Shown one piece after another: positions 1 to 9,048 of a DNA stretch of 64,000 nt. The DNA is from a virus. Location: the IMG/VR virus record IMGVR_UViG_3300044568_002423. One strand, 5' to 3'. How positions within the stretch are numbered: the stretch's first letter is position 1; each line of letters opens with the position of its first letter. Made by a program: the position numbers and the translations under genes. The notes beneath the pieces are model-generated. The model was given only the letters and a program-made list of their open reading frames with translations. It did not search any database and was not told where the DNA came from.

Positions 1-1033
1 AAGGATCTAAAACAACACCACTTGACATCAATGGAATGTAAGGGCAGTAGAAAGCAGCTGCGTCAGATTCTGAACCACCTTTGTATCCAATTAGGACAGC
101 AGTTGAATCATTAGCATAACTGTTTACATATACTTTCATTGCGTTGTTCAAAGTACCAACGAATTTAGTATTTGTAGGTGCTTCAAAAGTACCTTCTGTA
201 GTACGAGCAAAAGCTGAAGTAGTAGCAGATTGTAGAATTGTTAAAGCAAAAGGACTAACAACAGCCCAGTTACCAGCTCCACGACGAGTACGTTGTGCAA
301 TCAAGTTAGAAACACGGTTGATTTGGATAGCCAAAGCAGCATGTTCGTCACCAACGAATGTAGCAGTACCAGAAACGTTAGCTTGGTCATAAGTTTGAGT
401 AGCTGTACCAGCTAATGAACCTAAAGAAGCCAAGATTTCTTGGTCGATTTCAGCAGTGATTTCTTGAGCCAGAGCAGCCATAATTTCTGCTTCAACGTCA
501 ATACCTTGTTGTGCTTGAGCATCTTGTGCAGATTCAAAAGTCCAACGAGCTGACAATTTACGAGTTTTTGCTTCAACAGTTTGTTTCAAGATTTGAATTG
601 ACATTCTGTTACCAGATTGACCTTCCAAAGTTGCAGTTGATGCAGCTTTTCCTGTTGAAGTGTTACCTGAGTAAGCTTCAGCAATTTTGAATGGGCTCAA
701 CGCTTCTTCACCAGCTACAACACCAGCACTTGCTGATGAATCTGAATAACGAACACGTAAAGTGTGGATTTGGCCAACAGGACCAGTCATTGGTTGTACA
801 CCAACTAATTCATTAGCGATAACCGTAGGCATCACACGACGAATTACTGGCAAAATAACACGGTTCAAAGTTGCAACGTTGCCTGCAGATGTAGCACCAG
901 CTGTTGGTGATTCCATCAAATATTTACGAGTGTTTTCTAATGTTACACCCATTACTGATTTTTTAGTGCCTTGTAGACCTTCTAATAGGGCTTCTTTAGT
1001 TTCCGCCCAACGGCCATTAAGTAGTTCTGACAT
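1..1033 (-). CDS. gp23: Major capsid protein, T4 gp23-like (3' end runs off the window)
   Basis: Not in the ORF track; translated by hand from ATG 1033: MSELLNGRWAETKEALLEGL...VILPVIRRVMPTVIANELVGVQPMTGPVGQIHTLRVRY...VEAKTRKLSARWTFESAQDAQAQQGIDVEAEIMAALAQEITAEIDQEIL...AFYCPYIPL. These are hallmark gp23 motifs. SD AAGGAG at 1041-1046. Confidence 0.97.
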   Translation of the reverse strand, partial: MSELLNGRWAETKEALLEGLQGTKKSVMGVTLENTRKYLMESPTAGATSAGNVATLNRVILPVIRRVMPTVIANELVGVQPMTGPVGQIHTLRVRYSDSSASAGVVAGEEALSPFKIAEAYSGNTSTGKAASTATLEGQSGNRMSIQILKQTVEAKTRKLSARWTFESAQDAQAQQGIDVEAEIMAALAQEITAEIDQEILASLGSLAGTATQTYDQANVSGTATFVGDEHAALAIQINRVSNLIAQRTRRGAGNWAVVSPFALTILQSATTSAFARTTEGTFEAPTNTKFVGTLNNAMKVYVNSYANDSTAVLIGYKGGSESDAAAFYCPYIPLMSSGVVLDP

Positions 1034-1050
1034 TTAATTTCTCCTTAAAT

Positions 1051-2139
1051 TTAAAGCCCAGCGAGTCTACGAATATCAAAAATATTTGATTCCGCTTCGC
1101 TGCTACGAGTAGTTTTGGAAATTTTGTTTCCAGTTATTTCTTTAGCTTCGACAAGTGTTTGCCTCTTTTGAGGGGCTTTTCCAGCAACCACTGCTGGTAG
1201 ATACTTTTCGAAACTTTCATTGAGTTTTGAGGTCTTTACGCTCTCCATCAATTCACCCATAATTGAACGTTGCTCTGCGTTTAACGGAGATAATAGTTCG
1301 CCCATGATTTCTTTTCTTTCTTGTACTGCTTTCAAAGAACGGATTTCTGCTTGTTTACTTTCTAATATTTGTTCTGCCTTAACAACTGCTTGAGCTGCTT
1401 CTTGCATGGCCAAATCTTTCATGTCTATGACTCTGAGTAATTTAGCAGTTTCCGATTTTTCGTTTAAGTAACTAGCTTGGAATTCTGAAGCAAATGCTTC
1501 AAATAACTTACGTCCAAACTCAGAACGACGAGCAGCTTCGATGTCTTCTTTAAGAGCTGTAATTTCAGACCGTAGTCCTTTATTAACAACACTTTCAACC
1601 ATTGCAGCAGCACGCTGTACAAATTGTTCTTTTACTTTATTGATTTCCTTTCGACCTTCACGAATTAGACGAACTTTAGTTTCGGCTAAGTCTTCTTTGT
1701 CTTTGTAAAACTCTGTAATTTCTTGAGCGAGAGCTTCAACTACGAAATTTTCCAGTGTGCCAAATTTACCTGCCATTTGAACTTGATCTTCATGCAATTC
1801 TTTTACTTCAGCAGCTAACTGACGTGTTACGAATGATTTCATAACTTCAGCACTTTCTGAAATTTTTCTAGCATATTTAACTTTCATTTCTGCTAATTGC
1901 TTACGATCGTCGGCAAACTCGCCAATTTCACTAGCTAGTTGCTCAGAGATCATGCGATCTACTGCTTCAACCATAGTGTTTTTGTCGTGTTCGTATTTTT
2001 GAGCAAACTCTTCACGTAATTGTGTCGCAACTTGTTGACGGTTCTCGTTTACACGAGTGTCCCATGCTGCTTCAATTGACTCCTTGATCTCTCCTGAAAT
2101 CACATTGTTTTCAAATAACTTATTTAATGCTTCCAACAT
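1051..2139 (-). CDS. gp22: Prohead core scaffolding protein, gp22-like
   Basis: 362 aa, E/K-rich coiled coil, lying between the prohead protease and the major capsid gene (T4 order 21-22-23). Confidence 0.8.
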   Translation of the reverse strand: MLEALNKLFENNVISGEIKESIEAAWDTRVNENRQQVATQLREEFAQKYEHDKNTMVEAVDRMISEQLASEIGEFADDRKQLAEMKVKYARKISESAEVMKSFVTRQLAAEVKELHEDQVQMAGKFGTLENFVVEALAQEITEFYKDKEDLAETKVRLIREGRKEINKVKEQFVQRAAAMVESVVNKGLRSEITALKEDIEAARRSEFGRKLFEAFASEFQASYLNEKSETAKLLRVIDMKDLAMQEAAQAVVKAEQILESKQAEIRSLKAVQERKEIMGELLSPLNAEQRSIMGELMESVKTSKLNESFEKYLPAVVAGKAPQKRQTLVEAKEITGNKISKTTRSSEAESNIFDIRRLAGL

Positions 2140-2154
2140 GTGTGATTCTCCTTA

Positions 2155-2781
2155 TTATTGGAGGTTACTTATTATTCCTAATAAGTTCTCTTTGAGATAT
2201 TTTTGTGCCTTTGGATCACCCTTGACCTCTTCCGCTATGCGTAAAGTATTATGTCCACCACGAGTATTCATTAGGTGTTCATAAATCGGTGTTGGATATG
2301 CTCCGGGCGCACTTGGTTGAGCTACCATATCTACTGTGATAATCTCAAAATCTGATACTTCATTAGAACCGTCACTACTGACGTTTCCAGATCCTCTAGA
2401 GGAGACACCTAATTTAACTCCGCTTTCCAACATTGTTTTAATTAGTTGTCCCATAGGGGTTGGTAAAATTTTCAATTTACCATAACCATTAGGCCCATCC
2501 ATCCACATATTTGTGATCATATGTGACACACGGTCCAGGTTAATTTTTAGATCATCGGGATGATCCACTTCTCCGAGAACTGAATAACCGTTTTGAATCT
2601 GATCGTTAAGGGTCTTAACAGCCTTGCCAATCTCATTAACAGGGTAAACACGCTGATTAGCGTTGCGGATACCACCCTGTATACAAATACCACTCATATA
2701 CAGGCTCTTCCCATCTTTGTCATCAGATTCAACGATCATGTTTGCTTCGTTAAAACTGAGATGTTCGCGGAGATATAGCAT
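2155..2781 (-). CDS. gp21: Prohead core protease, gp21-like
   Basis: Motifs NANQRVYP, LGEVDHP, INLDRVSH, TPMG, LGVSSRGSG, DMVAQPSAPGAY. Confidence 0.95.
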   Translation of the reverse strand: MLYLREHLSFNEANMIVESDDKDGKSLYMSGICIQGGIRNANQRVYPVNEIGKAVKTLNDQIQNGYSVLGEVDHPDDLKINLDRVSHMITNMWMDGPNGYGKLKILPTPMGQLIKTMLESGVKLGVSSRGSGNVSSDGSNEVSDFEIITVDMVAQPSAPGAYPTPIYEHLMNTRGGHNTLRIAEEVKGDPKAQKYLKENLLGIISNLQ

Positions 2782-2784
2782 TTC

Positions 2785-3627
2785 TTATTTGCTACCTATT
2801 GTACTTTTTTTGTTTTGTGCAGAATCAGCGCCCGCTTTTTTCATTGGTTGTTGTGAAGTATTTGATAATTTAGTTGCTGATTTAGCACCAGGAACATTCA
2901 CATTACCACCAGTTTGTGGTTGAGTACTTGGAGCAGCTAAGCCACCTTGTGTACCACCAGTTTGTGTTGAAAAGCTTTTTGCGATATTTGCTGTTGTGCC
3001 GCCCATATCATTTTTACCAGCAATAGAACTTCTAGTGTTTACGCCATTGTCACCATGCTTTGGTAAAGCAACTTTGTTTACATATTCCATGAATTGGTCA
3101 AATTCGTCGTCAGCTTTGTCGCCATCATGATGATAGTGATGAATAGCTTTTTCTTTAACTTCTTCTTCATCGTCACCAAGTTCAGCACCAAATTCATCTT
3201 CTTCTTCGCCGCCAAATTCGTCTTCTTCGCCGCCAAACATATCAGCATGCTCTGGTTCATTTTCTTCACCAGCCATCAATTCTTCAAATTCTTGTTTCAA
3301 TTCTTCTAACGCATCTTCTAAATCAAGAACGCGGTCTTCTAAATCACCTTCGTCTTCTTCATCTTCTTCTTCGTCATCGCCTTCTTCGTCAGAAGCAAAA
3401 GGATTATCAGAAGTTTCTTCTTCATCTTCTTCATCTTCGTCTTCTTCTCCAGCAGGGAACGCTTCTTCTTCCTCCTCTTCAGGAGCTCCAAAGTCTTCTG
3501 CTAATAATTCTTCGTATATTTCACGTGATTTCCCAACAACGATGTTGTGGAAAATTTCTTTTGCTGCTTCTTGATCTTCATTGATCAAAGCTTCAAGCAT
3601 AGCTTCAAATTGTGCTCTATCAGTCAT
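2785..3627 (-). CDS. Extremely acidic putative prohead core/internal head protein
   Basis: 280 aa with long D/E tracts; sits between portal and protease, where T4 has gp67/gp68; SD AGGAG upstream. Confidence 0.6.
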   Translation of the reverse strand: MTDRAQFEAMLEALINEDQEAAKEIFHNIVVGKSREIYEELLAEDFGAPEEEEEEAFPAGEEDEDEEDEEETSDNPFASDEEGDDEEEDEEDEGDLEDRVLDLEDALEELKQEFEELMAGEENEPEHADMFGGEEDEFGGEEEDEFGAELGDDEEEVKEKAIHHYHHDGDKADDEFDQFMEYVNKVALPKHGDNGVNTRSSIAGKNDMGGTTANIAKSFSTQTGGTQGGLAAPSTQPQTGGNVNVPGAKSATKLSNTSQQPMKKAGADSAQNKKSTIGSK

Positions 3628-3711
3628 GTTAATCTCCTATGATATATTGTAAGGCTGTACTATATTTACACTACTTATCAGAAATAGTGCTCATATAGTG
3701 TAAAAATGCCA

Positions 3712-3753
3712 GTTTTTTACTCAAACGTGTTTTTTACTCAAACGTGTTTTTTA
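3712..3753. repeat. 17-bp tandem repeat GTTTTTTACTCAAACGT, about 2.5 copies
   Basis: Copies at 3712-3728 and 3729-3745, partial copy at 3746-3753. Confidence 0.9.
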
Positions 3754-3758
3754 TTTAG

Positions 3759-3995
3759 TTATGCAGGTGCAGCTGGGGTCGCATACATGGAATGAATAAA
3801 TTCCAATTCGCTCTCCTGCTCTAGAATATGTGCTTCACTACTCTTTCTAAGTTCATTAAGTTGCCCTAATGTCAATCTAGTTTTTCTAGTGTCACCCCTA
3901 TGCATGGTGGTAATATCGCGTTCTGGACTATACCGCAAATCATTTGCCACGTTCCTAGTATCTGGATCAATATAAAATAATTCTCTTAAAATCAT
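3759..3995 (-). CDS. Small head-module protein (78 aa, MILRELFYIDP...)
   Basis: 3' part of ORF 3759..4127. ATG 3995 avoids overlap with the portal gene and follows a late-promoter-like CATAAATA (4007-4000). Confidence 0.7.
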   Translation of the reverse strand: MILRELFYIDPDTRNVANDLRYSPERDITTMHRGDTRKTRLTLGQLNELRKSSEAHILEQESELEFIHSMYATPAAPA

Positions 3996-4002
3996 AATGT
4001 AT

Positions 4003-5745
4003 TTATGCCGTTGGTGGAATTGCCGGCGAAGCAGCACCAGGCATCGCACCAGCAGCGCCTTCCATTCCAGTAATGTCACCTTCCATATCATCTGGAGCTG
4101 ACATATCACCAGCCATGCCAAGATCACCTTCTATGCCGGCAGCTGATAATCCAGCACTACGTAATTCACCGGCGGCATCAGTATGGGTTGCTTGTCCTTG
4201 TCCATTCTCTTCAGCCCATAATTGTTCATTCTCTGCTAATTCATCATCCGTTAATCCTAAAAATCTCTTTAACGCAAACCTATTGCTCATGAATGGAACT
4301 GCCTGAATGGTACTGAATGTGTTAATACGCTCACTGTCCAATGTACTTTGACGAGTACTAGCAAAGTTCATCGGTGGATTAAAGTTAATTTCAAATAAGT
4401 TGGCATCAATATTAACGCCACGTGAATTCATGAATAATTTAAATTCTGAATCGAATACTTCGGTCATTAACCATTGTAATCTCTCACAATACTTATTAAA
4501 TCTTAATTCCTGTATATATGCTGTGCCAACTCGCCCATCGTTAAAACTTGCTTGACTATCATCAGCACCAGTTGGCAAATAAGAACTAGGTATACGTAAT
4601 CCACGAAATAATTTATTGGTAAAGTATTTTAAATCATCAATCTCACCAAGATTAGTTCCACCTGGCAACACATCAACTTTACTACCACGTCCATCAGCAG
4701 TCATAGGAAAGAAGTAATCTTCATTAATAGATAGAGGATTGTAGGCAGAGTCGATAACATTTTGTCCGCCACCAGATTGACTTGGTATCCTTCGTTGATG
4801 TATCTCATTCTTTACACGTTCAACAAACGCCATAGCCATATGACTTGGCATATTACCGACATCAATATGAAATACACGACGCTCGGGAGCTCTTTGTATA
4901 CGATATATCAATATAGCATCTTCTAGTAATTCTTTCTGTTTATAAACTTTAAAAACATTTTCCAATAAGCTGTTACCAAATGGATAATTGTTATCCAATC
5001 CTTCCGATAATGATAAGTGAACCACATGTTCAGCATCTATGGCATGTTCTGTTTCAGATAATCCAAAACGACTGCCAGAGCTACTACTTGGATATGGTCC
5101 AGATGCTCCACTTTGTGAACTTTGTGAACCCATAGCGCCAGCACCTGATGTCATTCCACCACGAGATTGTCTAGGATTAATGTTAGGAGTAATTTGTGTA
5201 ACTACTAAATTTTCAAAGTTAGGAGCAAGATCTTTTATAATATATTGTTCAGGTTTCTTTCCATCACTTTCATTTACTATAATTTTCACAATCTTACTTG
5301 GGTCAACCCAACTTAGTTTTTGTGTTTCCGGATCTCTTACAAAAAAAGCATCACCATATTTGTATACATTCCTGACAATTCTAAAAATTCTTGTATCAAA
5401 TTGCTGTAATTTATTCCATTGTTGTAGATATTCACCTAGTATTCTTACTTCTGAATTAGTAGCTTTACTTCTCCATTTAACAGTAAATGGACTTTTACCA
5501 TCTTTTAATTTCTGTGTACAAAATTCTGCCAAAATATCCAATGCTGCGTTTACTTCTGGATCACTATCCATAACTTCATATTGTTGATATCTTTCAATTC
5601 GATTTGGACTGCCGGTATATACATCAGGCAAATAGCTGGAGTAATTTGTTCTCGCAGGACCTGCTTTTGAAACATTGTTATTGCCAGATATAGGACTAGA
5701 ATCATTACCTGTTTGAACAGGTGTGAAATATTTACGCCATGTCAT
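4003..5745 (-). CDS. gp20: Portal vertex protein, gp20-like
   Basis: Motifs LLEDAILIYRIQRAPERRVFHIDVGNMP, EDYFFP, LPGGTNLGEIDDLKYF, LRIPSSYL, ELRFNKY. Confidence 0.97.
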   Translation of the reverse strand: MTWRKYFTPVQTGNDSSPISGNNNVSKAGPARTNYSSYLPDVYTGSPNRIERYQQYEVMDSDPEVNAALDILAEFCTQKLKDGKSPFTVKWRSKATNSEVRILGEYLQQWNKLQQFDTRIFRIVRNVYKYGDAFFVRDPETQKLSWVDPSKIVKIIVNESDGKKPEQYIIKDLAPNFENLVVTQITPNINPRQSRGGMTSGAGAMGSQSSQSGASGPYPSSSSGSRFGLSETEHAIDAEHVVHLSLSEGLDNNYPFGNSLLENVFKVYKQKELLEDAILIYRIQRAPERRVFHIDVGNMPSHMAMAFVERVKNEIHQRRIPSQSGGGQNVIDSAYNPLSINEDYFFPMTADGRGSKVDVLPGGTNLGEIDDLKYFTNKLFRGLRIPSSYLPTGADDSQASFNDGRVGTAYIQELRFNKYCERLQWLMTEVFDSEFKLFMNSRGVNIDANLFEINFNPPMNFASTRQSTLDSERINTFSTIQAVPFMSNRFALKRFLGLTDDELAENEQLWAEENGQGQATHTDAAGELRSAGLSAAGIEGDLGMAGDMSAPDDMEGDITGMEGAAGAMPGAASPAIPPTA

Positions 5746-5813
5746 ATAGATTCTCCCGCATTTTGCTTTGTTGATTTAAATAAAAGTGTATGTTAAGCAT
5801 TATATGTAGATCC

Positions 5814-7940
5814 TTATCTAGTATTCATGTTTGGTGACAATTGTTTAGTAGCTCTAACTTGTTTAGATGTCATGTGCATTGTCTCTGTTGTATTACTTAT
5901 CAATTGAGACATTTGTTTATTCAACTTTTCTAATTGATCGTTTAAATCATCCATTGTCATCTTTGCCTTTGGAAATTCATCATTGGGTGCTTCTTTAGGA
6001 GCCAATTCCTGGTCATTTCTAGGAGATTGTGGGGGAGGTGGCGGCGGAACCATCACACTTGAATTAACCTTTAATGTATCCGCAATACCACTCATGTGTT
6101 TTGTCAATCCACTATCCACAGATGGCTCTGGCGTCATTTGATCAGTGAGATTTAAGCTACCAAATAATTTACTTATTATGTCAGTTGGTTCAGGACTTTC
6201 GGTTGGTGGCATCATATCATTGATAAATTCCCCCATCTTATTAAATGGAACAATGGCTTCATTTGGGTCAACCATCACTTTTTCACGTGGCTTAAAATCA
6301 CCAAACCAACTTCCTAAAACATCCTTGGTGCCGTTAGCAAATGGTCCTCTTATTTTTTCTGCTTCTTCTGTACCAGTTGATGGCCCAGACTTTAAGTAAT
6401 CAACTGCAGCAGTGCCGATTTTGATAACATCAACTGCCATTTCTCCTACTTTTGCTTTTGCTACTGCGGAGAACTTTTCTGGATCCGAAAAACCAAGTCT
6501 TATTGCATCACCGACTTGTGTGGCAATTGATCTATCAAGTTGTGAGGTAATCTCTCCTGTCTTTTCATCTGTCTTTACATTTGCTGTGGCCTCAATGCCA
6601 GTTTTAACTATCGCTTGGGCGCCGACAAAATCATTAAGTCTCCCAAGTTCCCTATAAATACCAGCTTCTTGGTCGGCTATTCTATTTGCAGCTTGTGTCA
6701 TAAGTTGAGTAGTTTTCGCTCCAGCAACATCCTCCCCTTTTATGTTTTTTGATTCTTGTTCCTGCTTAACTCGTTTAGCTAAAATCTCAGCAGCCTCGGC
6801 TTCATTTATGATCTTGCCATTCTTCTTGCCTTCTTCCTGTATTGCTGCCATATCAGCTTGTTGTTTCTTCAATCCCTCGGCATAATTGAGAGTTTTATTT
6901 GCAATTTGTCCGGCCGCATCAGAAACTGGACCCAATCCAGTTTTTACAAGGTTTCTAAAACTTTCTTCAGTTGTACGAGCGGCAACAGCTGCTTGTGCAT
7001 CTGCTAACATTTTTTTAGCAGCGGCGCGTTCTCCCTCTGTAGTGGCGTTCTTGGTTGCTTTCACGGCAGCTTCCAATTGCGTCCCGGCGGGTCCTAACGC
7101 ATTTTGTATTTCTATCGCTTCTTTAGTTTTAGCCTGTCCGGAATATAACACATCAGTAAATTCATTTAATCCCAACCCAGTCATTTGAGCATTCATTTCA
7201 TTATATGCGTCACGTTGTTTCTCACCACCAGCAGCAACAGCATCTTCAATGGCCAATCGAACTCTGGCATTGGTTTTAGATTTTTCCAACGCATCCATTT
7301 GTTCTTTACGACTAACTCCAGTAAGTTTGGCAACTTTATCCATCTCCTGTGCCAAATCACTAGTAGCTTGAAATGCCTGCGTTCTTGATTGGACATCATT
7401 TATGTCAAATTTACGTCTGCCCTGCATACTAAGAGCTAATACTTCATTATATTCAGCAGTAGTGTATCCCATATTACGAAGTTGATCGGCAGCTTTGGTA
7501 TTAGAAAAATCAGTCGATGCCGCAGCAAACACTTTAGCACTGTCAGACATCGTGCCACCCAATGCTGTAAAGCCAGTACTAGTTCTCGATATGGCTTGAC
7601 CAAATTGCTCGGTCCCCATTCTGGTTTGTGCTATTGCGGTCCTATATCCAATCGCATCATTATTAAAACTGATGCCAATCTTTCCAGCATTTTGCCAAGG
7701 TTCAAGATTTTGATTAATGGCAGACGAAATACCAGTTACCCCATTACTAATAAGGCTAGCGGCATTTGAAAGAACTGATTTGGTAGATGAAAGTCCCTCT
7801 GACATTACACTACCACCGGAAGTAGAACCCCCGCCAGTCATTGGATTAATATTTTTTCCAAAACCAGAAATAGCACCCGACAACGTACTTGCTTGTTCTC
7901 GCAATAAATCCCTCATTACCTCTGCTGTTAAGTCTGACAT
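5814..7940 (-). CDS. Probable tail tape measure protein
   Basis: 708 aa, Ala/Gln/Lys-rich helical sequence with LAKLTG-like (VAKLTGVSRKE) motif and a C-terminal FANGT...NEAIVP motif; adjacent to baseplate hub/chaperone genes. Confidence 0.7.
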   Translation of the reverse strand: MSDLTAEVMRDLLREQASTLSGAISGFGKNINPMTGGGSTSGGSVMSEGLSSTKSVLSNAASLISNGVTGISSAINQNLEPWQNAGKIGISFNNDAIGYRTAIAQTRMGTEQFGQAISRTSTGFTALGGTMSDSAKVFAAASTDFSNTKAADQLRNMGYTTAEYNEVLALSMQGRRKFDINDVQSRTQAFQATSDLAQEMDKVAKLTGVSRKEQMDALEKSKTNARVRLAIEDAVAAGGEKQRDAYNEMNAQMTGLGLNEFTDVLYSGQAKTKEAIEIQNALGPAGTQLEAAVKATKNATTEGERAAAKKMLADAQAAVAARTTEESFRNLVKTGLGPVSDAAGQIANKTLNYAEGLKKQQADMAAIQEEGKKNGKIINEAEAAEILAKRVKQEQESKNIKGEDVAGAKTTQLMTQAANRIADQEAGIYRELGRLNDFVGAQAIVKTGIEATANVKTDEKTGEITSQLDRSIATQVGDAIRLGFSDPEKFSAVAKAKVGEMAVDVIKIGTAAVDYLKSGPSTGTEEAEKIRGPFANGTKDVLGSWFGDFKPREKVMVDPNEAIVPFNKMGEFINDMMPPTESPEPTDIISKLFGSLNLTDQMTPEPSVDSGLTKHMSGIADTLKVNSSVMVPPPPPPQSPRNDQELAPKEAPNDEFPKAKMTMDDLNDQLEKLNKQMSQLISNTTETMHMTSKQVRATKQLSPNMNTR

Positions 7941-7963
7941 AAAAAAACTCCAAAAATGTATGG

Positions 7964-7988
7964 TATAAATACTCTTACTATATTTATA
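7964..7988. promoter_or_regulatory. Pair of oppositely oriented T4-type late promoters (TATAAATA)
   Basis: TATAAATA on + at 7964-7971 and on - at 7988-7981, between the divergent tape measure and gp26-like genes; a gp55-like sigma is encoded in the window. Confidence 0.8.
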
Positions 7989-7999
7989 CGGAGTTAACT

Positions 8000-8827
8000 A
8001 TGGGAAACAACCCTTTACAACAATATTTTAGACAACCGAAGATCTTTTTGAAATTACCATCACTGGGGATGTACAATGACCCAGCTACTATTCAGGGAAA
8101 CGTGGAGAGTTTGCCAATATTTGGTATGACTGGTATGGATCAGGTTATCGTAAAAACACCAGATGCCCTTATTAGTGGGGAAAGTACAGTAAAGGTCATC
8201 GAAAGCTGCTGCCCTAGTGTTAAAGATGCGTGGAAGATAACAAGTATTGACATAGATAGTATTTTAGTTGCGATTAGAATAGCAACATATGGAAATAATT
8301 ATGGAATACAACACACTTGTACAGAATGTGGTAGTCAACATGAATATGATATCGATTTGGGAAGATTTATAACTCACTTTAGTAATTGCGTATATGATTC
8401 AAAAATAATGATAGGAGATTTGATCATTAGAATTAGACCATTGGAGTATAAACAAGCAACTGAATTCAATCTAGCAAACTTTGGTTTACAAAAACAACTC
8501 ATGCAATTAAATGATCTCGAAGATGCTGAATTGAAGAAGTCTATCATATCGACTATATTCAATGATTTGGGTATTTTACAGAATAAAATATTTCTAGCTG
8601 GTATTGAGAGCATTGAAACACCAACCGCACAAGTAACTGAGTGGACATTTATAAAAGAATGGTTGGAAAATTGCGGAAGTGAAATAGCCGATGCGTTAAA
8701 ATTACAATTTGAAAAGAATACTAAAGCCTGGATGGTTCCGCCATCTACAATCAAGTGCACTGATTGTGGACATACAGAAGAGGTACATGTAGAATTAGAT
8801 CAATCAAATTTTTTCGTAAAAGCCTAA
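8000..8827 (+). CDS. Baseplate hub assembly/tail chaperone protein, T4 gp26/gp51-like
   Basis: NPLQQYFRQPKIFLKLPS, DIDSILVAIRIATYG, two CxxC pairs (CTEC, CTDC), ends LDQSNFF. Confidence 0.8.
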   Translation: MGNNPLQQYFRQPKIFLKLPSLGMYNDPATIQGNVESLPIFGMTGMDQVIVKTPDALISGESTVKVIESCCPSVKDAWKITSIDIDSILVAIRIATYGNNYGIQHTCTECGSQHEYDIDLGRFITHFSNCVYDSKIMIGDLIIRIRPLEYKQATEFNLANFGLQKQLMQLNDLEDAELKKSIISTIFNDLGILQNKIFLAGIESIETPTAQVTEWTFIKEWLENCGSEIADALKLQFEKNTKAWMVPPSTIKCTDCGHTEEVHVELDQSNFFVKA

Positions 8828-8870
8828 TAAGAATGACAGAATTAGAGATAGAAGAATATCTTATTAGGCT
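8806..8870 (+). promoter_or_regulatory. Putative -1 programmed ribosomal frameshift element
   Basis: In-frame A_AAT_TTT (8806-8812) and T_TTT_TTC (8809-8815), followed by a perfect 12-bp stem AGCCTAATAAGA (8821-8832)/TCTTATTAGGCT (8859-8870). The -1 frame is open to 9048. Confidence 0.75.
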
Positions 8871-9048
8871 AGATGATGAAGTTTCTCAGTTTAAAGAAGA
8901 GCTGTTTAGAATAAGCTGGTATATGAGAGGTGGGGTAAACATAAATGATCTGTTTCACACCTACACGTATGATGATATTACCATAATGTCAAAAATAATT
9001 AAAGAAAATATAGAATTAACACAAGAAACTAGAATACCATTACTTTAA
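8833..9048 (+). CDS. Small conserved-looking ORF, probably the frameshift ('T') extension of the upstream gene
   Basis: Lies in the -1 frame relative to 8000..8827 and is open from 8764. Sequence ELFRISWYMRGGV..DLF...DDITIMSKIIKENIE; no convincing SD before ATG 8833. Confidence 0.7.
   Translation: MTELEIEEYLIRLDDEVSQFKEELFRISWYMRGGVNINDLFHTYTYDDITIMSKIIKENIELTQETRIPLL

Noticed and set aside
3712-3753. CRISPR mini-array
   Set aside because: Head-to-tail 17-bp repeats with no spacers and no cas genes.
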